Assembly (NCBI RefSeq): GCF_000148385.1
Contig: NC_014537.1
Location: forward strand, 2,342,138 to 2,374,137
Reading direction: 5' to 3'
Length of the DNA stretch: 32,000 nucleotides
Source: Vulcanisaeta distributa DSM 14429
Lineage (GTDB): Archaea > Thermoproteota > Thermoprotei > Thermoproteales > Thermocladiaceae
In this document: positions 8,330 to 15,449 of the stretch, in pieces
Position numbering within the stretch: the stretch's first letter is position 1
Layout of the letters: every line of letters begins with the position of its first letter
Program-made: the position numbers and the translations under genes
The notes under the pieces: generated by a model
The model's input: only the letters and a program-made list of their open reading frames with translations
Told to the model about the DNA's origin: nothing
The model's database searches: none

Positions 8330-9193
8330 GATATCCATCAATACCCTGAGTAATTTTGTGGCATTTACCGTCATGTAGAAATTGCTATTCCATAGCATTG
8401 GCACGTTTAGGTCATTCCCGTAAAACGCCCAGTTCCTGGAGAAGTTGTAGGGTATGAAGTCTGCCTTAACAGAAAGTACGGCATCGTACTCCTCATCACT
8501 CAACTCATCAAGGACCTTAATGCCATCACGTGCGATCAACCTTATAGCCTCCGCAACGTTGTGAAGGTGTGGTGTGGGTTCACCACCGACCCAGTTAATG
8601 TTGTGGACTCCCTCAAGCCTGAGGATGATTGCGGTCGAGGCTATTTGTCTTGGGTTCATAACGACTCCATTAAACCTATCCCTGCTTATGTCAGCGTTTT
8701 GGCAGAAGGCGCATCGGAGATTGCAGGATGTGAAGAATATGGTCCCGGAACCCATCACGCCGCGCAGTGGTAATTCCTCACCAAGGTGGTGAAAGTACGT
8801 GGATACTCGACTCGTGGAATCAAGCATGCATACGCCAAGCCTCCTGCCGCTCGTCCTATCAACCCTACAACGCCACTCACAGAATTCACAATGCTTAATC
8901 ATTCTTTTCGTGATCTCGGCAATTAGGTCTAGTAGTGATGGTGATGCCTTAGGCATGCCCTTAATATCCACCTCATTGTTCCTGACCCTGCGCCATAACT
9001 CGAGGAAGTCGTTTAAGGTCCTATCGAACTCTCTCCACAACTCGCTTTCGCTTAACTCAGTCAGTTTCTCATTAACGGGTATTCTAGCCGCTATGAGGTA
9101 CTTAGCCGGCTTCCTATTAATGGCTACCTCGTAGTACCAGGGCAGTTTGTCTCTGATGTACTTCCAAATCCATAGTCTTGAGAAATTAATCAC
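8325..9193 (-). pseudogene. N-terminal fragment of the interrupted PflX-type radical-SAM enzyme (pyruvate formate-lyase-activase-like)
   Basis: Contains the CNLRCAFCQN CxxxCxxC cluster motif, GGEPT, and ...NSNFYMTVNATKLLRVLMDIWL. After this, 11 foreign codons (8288..8324) precede the stop. GTG start at 9193, with a TATA-like CATTTTAAAGG upstream on the minus strand. Confidence 0.85.
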
Positions 9194-9280
9194 TAAAAAT
9201 TAATGCATGTTGGGCCTTTAAAATGCTTATTAACGGTGGTAGGGTTTATAACTTCATAGGTATGTAGTTACTACATAGGT

Positions 9281-10372
9281 ATGGCGTTTCTCGATAGACC
9301 AGCCGAGGACCCGAGTGAGTTGTATGATAGGGAGGCTGAGGTTAGGCAATTGAGATTTTCGGCATTAAATAGGGCGGTCACCCTGGTGGTTGGCTTTAGG
9401 CGTGTTGGTAAGACATCACTTATTAAGGCTGCCACGAAGGACATGACCAGGATATACATTGATGCGAGAAGGTTTGAGGGTATGAATTACATAACAATAA
9501 GGGACTTCCTAAATGAGCTTGCTAAATCCCTAAGTCAATTATTACCGCTCAGCCGGAGATTAATTGATTTCCTAAGTAGGGTTAGGGGCTTGTCAATAAT
9601 GGGTTTTACCATCGAGTTCAGTGAGTCCACTAGGGATGTGTCAATCCCATCAATCTTCGATGCCCTCAATGATTGGGCGTCATCGGAGGGAAAACACCTA
9701 GTCATGATAATTGATGAGGTGCAGGAATTGAGTAAGATGAGGGGGTTTAACCTATTGCCAATATTTGCCTACGCGTACGACAACCTGAGGAATTTATCCT
9801 TCATATTTGCTGGGTCGAAGATTGGCATGCTCTATAATTATTTAAGGCTCAATGACCCCAATTCGCCATTGTATGGTAGGTACATGGAACTGATAGAACT
9901 AAAACCCTTCACGCGTGAGCAGTCACTGGATTTCTTGAGACGTGGGTTCAGTAAAGCGGGTATTACAATTAGTGAGGACATCATTAATAAGGCTGTGGAT
10001 GAGCTTGATGGCATTGTTGGTTGGTTATCGTTATTTGGCCTCACGTACATCAGTAATCCAGGGCCTGGGGCTCTCGATAAAGCTGTGGGTGTTGCCTCGG
10101 GGATAGTTGAGGAGGAATTTTGTAACTTTGTCAGGGCCATGGGTTCAAGGAGGTATGTGCTTATAATAAATGCCCTCAAGCATGGCGCCACCTGGTCTGA
10201 AGTTAAGAGGTATCTCGAGTTGAGGGAGGGTAGGCCGATAAGTGATAGTGAGGTTACGAAACTTCTTAGGAAGCTCGTGGATAATGGGTTCGTAATGAAG
10301 GTTAATAATGAGTATGTGATCGTCGACCCAATACTAAGGAGAATTAGTGATAGGGTTAAGTGTCGGGATTAA
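9281..10372 (+). CDS. Archaeal ATPase family protein (AAA+-like P-loop with a C-terminal winged-helix/DUF234-type domain)
   Basis: F.DRE.E...L followed by Walker [13 protein letters not shown] and Walker B MIIDEVQ, with a C-terminal region typical of the multi-paralog Arch_ATPase family. Confidence 0.8.
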   Translation: MAFLDRPAEDPSELYDREAEVRQLRFSALNRAVTLVVGFRRVGKTSLIKAATKDMTRIYIDARRFEGMNYITIRDFLNELAKSLSQLLPLSRRLIDFLSRVRGLSIMGFTIEFSESTRDVSIPSIFDALNDWASSEGKHLVMIIDEVQELSKMRGFNLLPIFAYAYDNLRNLSFIFAGSKIGMLYNYLRLNDPNSPLYGRYMELIELKPFTREQSLDFLRRGFSKAGITISEDIINKAVDELDGIVGWLSLFGLTYISNPGPGALDKAVGVASGIVEEEFCNFVRAMGSRRYVLIINALKHGATWSEVKRYLELREGRPISDSEVTKLLRKLVDNGFVMKVNNEYVIVDPILRRISDRVKCRD

Positions 10373-10404
10373 GCTTTAATTTAGATTTGCCTCAGCCATG
10401 GTGT

Positions 10405-10866
10405 ATGGCGGATAGGGTTAGGCTTGCGATTGTGGTTGCGGAGTTTAATTACGACGTAACATACCTAATGCTTCAGAAGGCCCTTGAGCACGCCAGGTTT
10501 CTTGGTGCTGAGGTTACCTACGTGGCTAAGGTGCCGGGTACATACGACATGCCCGTAATAGTTGATGAACTGCTTAGGAGGGATGATGTTGATGCTGTGG
10601 CGGCAATAGGCGCTGTTATTCAGGGTGAGACTAAGCATGATGAGGTTGTGGCTCATCAGGCGGCTAGGAAGTTGATGGACCTGTCTGTGGAGCATAGGAA
10701 GCCCGTTGGTATGGGTATAATTGGGCCTGGGGCAAATAGGGTGCAGGCTTTGGAGAGGGCTGAGGAGTATGCCAGGAGGGCTGTGGAGGCGGCGGTTAAA
10801 TTAGCAAGGAGGCTGGAGTTGCTCAGGGGTAGTAAGTATACGGGCACCACGGTATTCATAGAATAG
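10405..10866 (+). CDS. ribH: 6,7-dimethyl-8-ribityllumazine synthase
   Basis: [15 protein letters not shown]...VPGTYDMPV...[20 protein letters not shown] is the lumazine synthase signature. The ATG at 10405 lies 22 nt after aagCTTTAATTTag. Confidence 0.9.
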   Translation: MADRVRLAIVVAEFNYDVTYLMLQKALEHARFLGAEVTYVAKVPGTYDMPVIVDELLRRDDVDAVAAIGAVIQGETKHDEVVAHQAARKLMDLSVEHRKPVGMGIIGPGANRVQALERAEEYARRAVEAAVKLARRLELLRGSKYTGTTVFIE

Positions 10867-10936
10867 TACAGCGCCTCACTGCGGTGAGGTTAGGAACATG
10901 ATTACCCCTGAATGATCCTGCCTATGAAGGTAATTA

Positions 10937-10987
10937 TCAGCATTGGAGTCACTCTTCATCCCTCGGTAGGCGACTAAGCATCATCAC
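10937..10987 (-). ncRNA. Candidate C/D-box sRNA (51 nt)
   Basis: The minus strand reads GTGATGA-TGCTTAGTCGCC-TACC-GAGGG-ATGAAGA-GTGACTCCAATG-CTGA. The C and D boxes are perfect, both spacers are 12 nt, C' has one mismatch and D' is degenerate. Located in the intergenic spacer between ribH and the NTPase gene. Confidence 0.4.
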
Positions 10988-11027
10988 GAGTTAGAACCTT
11001 ATAACCCCTAGATTTATTTTATTCGTC

Positions 11028-11570
11028 GTGATAACCGTAGCCGTTGGTTCGAAGAACCCGAATAAGGTCAGGGGCACGGAGCTTGCGTTTAGGTTAGCTG
11101 GCTTTAGGGTTAGGGTAATCTCCACTGAACCACCCAATGACTTATCTCCAGAGCCGATAGGCCTCAGCGAGATCATAAATGGTGCAATTAAGAGGGCTAG
11201 GTATGCGATAAACGTGGTCTCCAATGCTGAGTTCGGCGTTGGTATTGAGGCTGGAATTATAAAGATTGAGGGTTTTAATGAGGGTGTTGACGTGACCATA
11301 GCCACAGTAATTGATAAAGATGGTAAGGTAACCCTCGGTATGAGCCCTGGTTTCATGGTACCCAGAAGATTCATGAAAGAGGTGTTACAGGGAGTTGAAT
11401 TGAACGAGGTCGTAAGTAGGTATTACGGTGAACCCAACGTAGGCAGGAAATACGGTTTAATCGGTGCGTTGACTAGGAGGTTCATAGACAGGGTTGTGCT
11501 TAATACGGAAGCCGTCTACATGGCTTTAATACCCAGGATGCCGTGGAACGCGGAATTATTTAAGGATTGA
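11028..11570 (+). CDS. Non-canonical purine NTP phosphatase (inosine/xanthosine triphosphatase, YjjX/DUF84 family)
   Basis: The N-terminus ITVAVGSKNPNKVRGTELAF and the overall size fit the family. GTG start lies 23 nt after aaCCTTATAAcc. Confidence 0.8.
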   Translation: MITVAVGSKNPNKVRGTELAFRLAGFRVRVISTEPPNDLSPEPIGLSEIINGAIKRARYAINVVSNAEFGVGIEAGIIKIEGFNEGVDVTIATVIDKDGKVTLGMSPGFMVPRRFMKEVLQGVELNEVVSRYYGEPNVGRKYGLIGALTRRFIDRVVLNTEAVYMALIPRMPWNAELFKD

Positions 11571-11571
11571 T

Positions 11572-11626
11572 GGTTGGGCAGGCAGAGTGGAGGTAAGAAT
11601 AATCTTACCTCCACTCTCCCGGTCCA
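11572..11626. repeat. Hairpin repeat, copy 1 (37-bp identical core at 11581..11617; perfect 15-bp stem at 11584..11598 / 11603..11617, loop ATAA)
   Basis: The sequence ggcAGAGTGGAGGTAAGAataaTCTTACCTCCACTCT is identical to 12091..12127. Flanks are about 70% similar for roughly 9 nt on each side. Confidence 0.9.
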
Positions 11627-11636
11627 AAACATTCAA

Positions 11637-12026
11637 TTACTCAACACCCTGCTCGCCCTCACTCAATTCCTTAATCTCCTCACCACCCTCCCTCTCACTC
11701 AACTCCAGGTATATTAACGCCTCAACCTCATCCTTATTACTAAGGCCCAGGCCCTCTATCACCGTCGTTGGTAGGCTCGCTCCATACTGCGACTTATGTA
11801 TCCTCCTAATGTTACCCTCATAGACCATGTACCTATTATCCTTAAACAACCAAATCCTCACCGGAGCCCCATTCCTAAAGCCGAAGTACCTAACGGTGGT
11901 CGGCAACGGTATGTAGGCATTAATGACCTTATACTCCCTATCACCAACCCTCCTACTACTCTCATAAATCCTAACCCTAGCCCTAACCCAAACCGCATTA
12001 CCAAAGCCAATATCAAGCACGGTCAT
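11637..12026 (-). CDS. Tandem AbrB/SpoVT-like (swapped-hairpin) DNA-binding protein with an acidic tail
   Basis: Internal duplication: YIPLPTTVRYFGFRNGAPVRIW versus ASLPTTVIEGLGLSNKDEVEALIY, both resembling the AbrB pattern (v.iP..v...lgl..gd.v.i). The ATG at 12026 lies 22 nt after ATTTAAGG on the minus strand. Confidence 0.55.
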   Translation of the reverse strand: MTVLDIGFGNAVWVRARVRIYESSRRVGDREYKVINAYIPLPTTVRYFGFRNGAPVRIWLFKDNRYMVYEGNIRRIHKSQYGASLPTTVIEGLGLSNKDEVEALIYLELSEREGGEEIKELSEGEQGVE

Positions 12027-12081
12027 ACATAAGGACACTAAATGCCCACCTTAAATCCCTGACTATCGTGAGAATGCCGAG

Positions 12082-12136
12082 GCTTGGATAGGCAGAGTGG
12101 AGGTAAGAATAATCTTACCTCCACTCTTCCAGTCCA
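12082..12136. repeat. Hairpin repeat, copy 2 (identical core at 12091..12127)
   Basis: Direct repeat of 11572..11626, offset by 510 bp. Confidence 0.9.
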
Positions 12137-12212
12137 GACTTTGACACAGCATTAATAAATAGAGACCTCACCAATACTTTCAGCAATGTTTCTATTTTTT
12201 ATTAGAGTAAAG

Positions 12213-12220
12213 CTTATAAA
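12213..12220 (+). promoter_or_regulatory. TATA box (CTTATAAA) for the 12243 gene
   Basis: The motif taaaGCTTATAAAc ends 23 nt before the ATG at 12243. Confidence 0.55.
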
Positions 12221-12242
12221 CCCCTCAAACCACTTAGCCCTG

Positions 12243-12863
12243 ATGTACATAGTCACCGGTTACACACGTGGAAAGTCCTCAAGGAGTTTTGAGGGTATGT
12301 ATAAGGACGTTGATGACGTGAGGGATGTCCATGAGACTCTCACCCTAAAGGTTAGGAGGGACCTACAATACTTCGTTGTTACGAATAACGAGGAGGACCT
12401 GGTCCTGTGGTCCTTCGACATACCTGGTTATGAAACCCACATTTACTCCCTCATAAAGGAGACCGCCACCCTAATGCTGTGCCCAAGAATCGACAACTCC
12501 ACGTACCTAATACCTGACATATCAATGCTAGGCAGCCTATCGGGTGTTTTGTCACGTTATGAGTATAGGGACGTCATATACTTTGTCAGGCCGTTAAATA
12601 GGGAGTTCGTTATGGAGGCGTTGAGGGAGGTCCATGGTTCAGCCATGGCGGTCATCATGAGGATGCTCATGAGTGCTGGTAGGGCGAGGGGCGCCGCGCT
12701 TGCGAGGCTCAGGGACAAGGTTGAGTATGCCGAGGAATTAATCAATAGGGCATTGGACATGTGGAGGATTAAGGGCTATGAAATAGACGCCTCAGGCATT
12801 AAGGACGCAATAATCAGGGTGAAGGCAGTGGTGAGCGGGAGACTCGGTAAAACTAACCGATAA
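12243..12863 (+). CDS. Hypothetical protein (206 aa from the ATG at 12243)
   Basis: A long ORF with host-like codon usage and a well-spaced TATA box. No motif recognised. Confidence 0.5.
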   Translation: MYIVTGYTRGKSSRSFEGMYKDVDDVRDVHETLTLKVRRDLQYFVVTNNEEDLVLWSFDIPGYETHIYSLIKETATLMLCPRIDNSTYLIPDISMLGSLSGVLSRYEYRDVIYFVRPLNREFVMEALREVHGSAMAVIMRMLMSAGRARGAALARLRDKVEYAEELINRALDMWRIKGYEIDASGIKDAIIRVKAVVSGRLGKTNR

Positions 12864-12928
12864 GGTCATTAACTTGATTAGTTGAGTTAGGTAATGCGCA
12901 TGGAATAGATAGGCAAGTCGTTAGGGCG

Positions 12929-13465
12929 GTGATTAAGGAGTTGAGGAGTAGGTACCCGGGTAAGTCAAGGTCCTGGGTAAGGAGGTCACTCAGGAGGTTC
13001 CTAAGCAATGACGTTAGGACATTGGGTAGTAATGCGTGGGTTGTGAGGGGTGAGCCATCAATGGGTGATAGACTTCCCCAATACATTGTTAGGTTCATTA
13101 ACGGTAAGTACGTCTGCGACTGCCAAATGACAGCCTGGAGCTCAAGCAGGGAAATATGTACTCACATTGGTGCTGTACTCATTAGTCAATTATATGAGGA
13201 GTTTATGAAAACCACGTATGCCGCGATAGTCGAGGCTGATTGCGTTGATAACGAATTGATCATACTGGGTAATAATGAGGTGGTGGTGGATAGGGTGGCC
13301 CAGGGTGGCGCAACCATATATGTGGTGAGGACAAGGCAGGAGGCGACGATAAAGGCACTACTCGCTTGTAATGACGAAATCAGGGAGTTAATAATAGGCA
13401 CGAAGCCCATGAAAGGCTGGGAGGTCATGAAAGTGATGAGGAGCAATACCGCGCACCCACAATAA
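12929..13465 (+). CDS. SWIM zinc-finger protein
   Basis: YVCDCQMTAWSSSREICTHIG fits the SWIM signature CxCx(n)CxH. The GTG start at 12929 is the only in-frame start upstream of the conserved-looking beta region. Confidence 0.65.
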   Translation: MIKELRSRYPGKSRSWVRRSLRRFLSNDVRTLGSNAWVVRGEPSMGDRLPQYIVRFINGKYVCDCQMTAWSSSREICTHIGAVLISQLYEEFMKTTYAAIVEADCVDNELIILGNNEVVVDRVAQGGATIYVVRTRQEATIKALLACNDEIRELIIGTKPMKGWEVMKVMRSNTAHPQ

Positions 13466-13497
13466 CTCTTATTAGGTGGATAATACGAAATTACTCA

Positions 13498-14259
13498 ATG
13501 CATAGTTCACGCGATAACATAGGCCAACCTCATGAATACATTAAGAGACTTAGGGTTGGCTATGCAGGAGCCTCCGTGGCCATCCTAATAATCATTGCCT
13601 GGCTGGCCGCATACTCATTCATGCCCAACCCACTCTACATCCTGAATCACCCAAATACCTTATTCGCACCAATGCTGGCCGGCGCCATTGGTGTGGCATC
13701 ATCATGCTACCAAGCACCAGGCTACTTCAAACTAGCCAATATCAATGGGAGGTATGGCCACGGTAGGTTGGGCGTTGTATTCCTTGTAATTACCTGGGCA
13801 CTAGCCACTACATCACCAATTGCCTATTACCTATCCGTCACTTTATTCGTAACCAAGGAACTCTCCTTCTTGGGGCCCATACCCAACCCAGTACTGGCAG
13901 ATCTATCGGTGGCCTCAATGATATCGAGTTTAATAATGGCCTTCCCAGCCACGTTATTAATCTCAACAACATTAATTAGATTAGGTAATGATTTGGGAAG
14001 ACCCATGATTAAGGCAGGCACGATACTCCTATTAATAGGTGCGGTCGAATTAATACTAATGGCAATATTATCAATGCCACCAATGCGCTTAATAATCATC
14101 AACCTTGAATCAAGCATACCCGTAAGAATAGAGATTCCCATACAACTACTCAGCATCCTATTCATAGTGCTACCACCCACACTAGGGCTGATTGGGACAT
14201 TACTACTAACGACAGGGCTCAACACATCACAGACAAGGCTAATTATAAAGGGCAATTGA
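13498..14259 (+). CDS. Polytopic membrane protein (about 7 predicted TM segments), function unknown
   Basis: Has repeated 20-aa hydrophobic stretches. TATA-like TCTTATTAGG lies about 20 nt upstream. It shares an MPNPLY(I/V)L motif with the membrane domain of the AAA protein at 25197. Confidence 0.65.
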   Translation: MHSSRDNIGQPHEYIKRLRVGYAGASVAILIIIAWLAAYSFMPNPLYILNHPNTLFAPMLAGAIGVASSCYQAPGYFKLANINGRYGHGRLGVVFLVITWALATTSPIAYYLSVTLFVTKELSFLGPIPNPVLADLSVASMISSLIMAFPATLLISTTLIRLGNDLGRPMIKAGTILLLIGAVELILMAILSMPPMRLIIINLESSIPVRIEIPIQLLSILFIVLPPTLGLIGTLLLTTGLNTSQTRLIIKGN

Positions 14260-14409
14260 AATTCACCATAATGCACACCCAATACGTACTAAGGACGGAC
14301 CAAGCAATAACTCATCAATTACCCCACCCCACTAAAAACAGTCCACCGTAATGACGCCACTAAACCATTAGGCTAGCAATAAACGACTAACACAGACATA
14401 AACAATGCG

Positions 14410-14487
14410 TGGCGGCCCCGCCGGGATTTGAACCCGGGTCCTACGGCTCCGCAGGCCGCCGCTCTGTCCATGCTGAGCTACGGGGCC
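14410..14487 (-). tRNA. tRNA-Arg (anticodon GCG), with genomically encoded CCA
   Basis: The reverse complement folds as GGCCCCG-TA-GCTC-AGCATGGACA-GAGC-G-GCGGC-CTGCGGA-GCCGT-AGGAC-CCGGG-TTCAAAT-CCCGG-CGGGGCC-G-CCA. This is a full cloverleaf of 78 nt with no intron. Confidence 0.95.
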
Positions 14488-14507
14488 ACCTTGATTGTCT
14501 TCATGCA

Positions 14508-14516
14508 GATTTAAAG
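14508..14516 (-). promoter_or_regulatory. TATA box for tRNA-Arg (CTTTAAATC on the minus strand)
   Basis: Centred about 25 nt upstream of the mature tRNA 5' end at 14487. Confidence 0.55.
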
Positions 14517-14566
14517 TCTTTGCTTTGTGGTAATCCTTATAATGGTTCTCGGCGCATTATCGATAT

Positions 14567-15448
14567 ATGAGGTTTGGGGGTGCCGTGGCTGAGGTCTTCA
14601 TACCGCTTAATGCCAGTGGTGATGTTGATGAGGGTAGGGTTGGTGCAATGCTTGATTTCCTGCTAAGGCGCGGTGTTGAGGGTTTCTACGTTGGTGGGTT
14701 TGGCGCCGAGGCATTCGCCTTCACCACCGAGGAGAGGCTTGGTTTTCTGAGGATGGTTGTTGATTACGTGCGTGATAAGGTTCCCGTGTCATTCCTCGTC
14801 TCTGAAATGAGTATTAAGAGGGCTGTTGAGGTCGTTAGGGAGGTTAGTAAGGTTGGTGTTGATGTCCTGACAATACCGCAACCATACCCACAGCAATTCG
14901 GTGAGAGGGGTATCCTGGACTACGTGTGTACGTTGTCCAGGGAGTTCAGTGGCGACGTCATGCTTTACAACGAGCCTGCCGTTGGAAATCCACTGAGCCC
15001 GTCAATGGTCATTAAGATCCTCGATAAGTGCTCAAACATTAAGTATCTTAAGGATAGCTCCCACGACATGATTGGCCTACACACAATACTATCGGCACAC
15101 CCCGAGTTGAGGGTTATGGCTGGCAGTGATGGTTTGATCTATGACATCATGCTTGCCGGGGGCGTGGGCATCGTGTCCCTAGTGATAAATCCATTCCCTG
15201 AGTTAATTGTTAGGATCGTCAATGAGTTGAGGAATGGTAATTACGCAGAGGCTAGGAGACTGCAGGAATTCATAGTGAGGGTTAGGGGGGTGCTTAAGGC
15301 CGGTGGCTTGAGTGGTGGTTATAGATATGCAATGTCCCTTGTTGGTATGGACATTGGTAAGCCGAGGCCTCCCTACGAGGACCCAGACGAGAGGACTAAG
15401 GAATTCATTAGAAGTTCATTAATTTCACTCGGCCTCATTAAGCAATAA
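14567..15448 (+). CDS. DapA/N-acetylneuraminate-lyase family class I aldolase (KD(P)G-aldolase-like or dihydrodipicolinate-synthase-like)
   Basis: Contains MLYNEP (the YN.P motif) and the Schiff-base lysine context YLKDSS. The N-terminal GFGAE sits at the GTTGE position. Confidence 0.8.
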   Translation: MRFGGAVAEVFIPLNASGDVDEGRVGAMLDFLLRRGVEGFYVGGFGAEAFAFTTEERLGFLRMVVDYVRDKVPVSFLVSEMSIKRAVEVVREVSKVGVDVLTIPQPYPQQFGERGILDYVCTLSREFSGDVMLYNEPAVGNPLSPSMVIKILDKCSNIKYLKDSSHDMIGLHTILSAHPELRVMAGSDGLIYDIMLAGGVGIVSLVINPFPELIVRIVNELRNGNYAEARRLQEFIVRVRGVLKAGGLSGGYRYAMSLVGMDIGKPRPPYEDPDERTKEFIRSSLISLGLIKQ

Positions 15449-15449
15449 A

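Noticed and set aside
8561-9134. Three + strand ORFs (70, 72 and 111 aa) inside the radical-SAM N-fragment
   Set aside because: They are antisense shadows of the radical-SAM reading frame, with no promoter-like element and no recognisable motifs.
9255-9283. Direct repeat CATAGGTATG twice, 19 bp apart, with the second copy containing the ATPase start codon
   Set aside because: It is short. The first copy's ATG is followed immediately by TAG. It is most simply a small local duplication in a promoter-proximal region, with no further support for a regulatory role.
14260-14409. Possible att site or integrated-element boundary next to the 3' end of tRNA-Arg
   Set aside because: I could not find any duplicated segment of the tRNA 3' half in the neighbouring 3 kb by eye, and there is no integrase gene in the vicinity. 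It is kept only as a low-level hypothesis in the findings.
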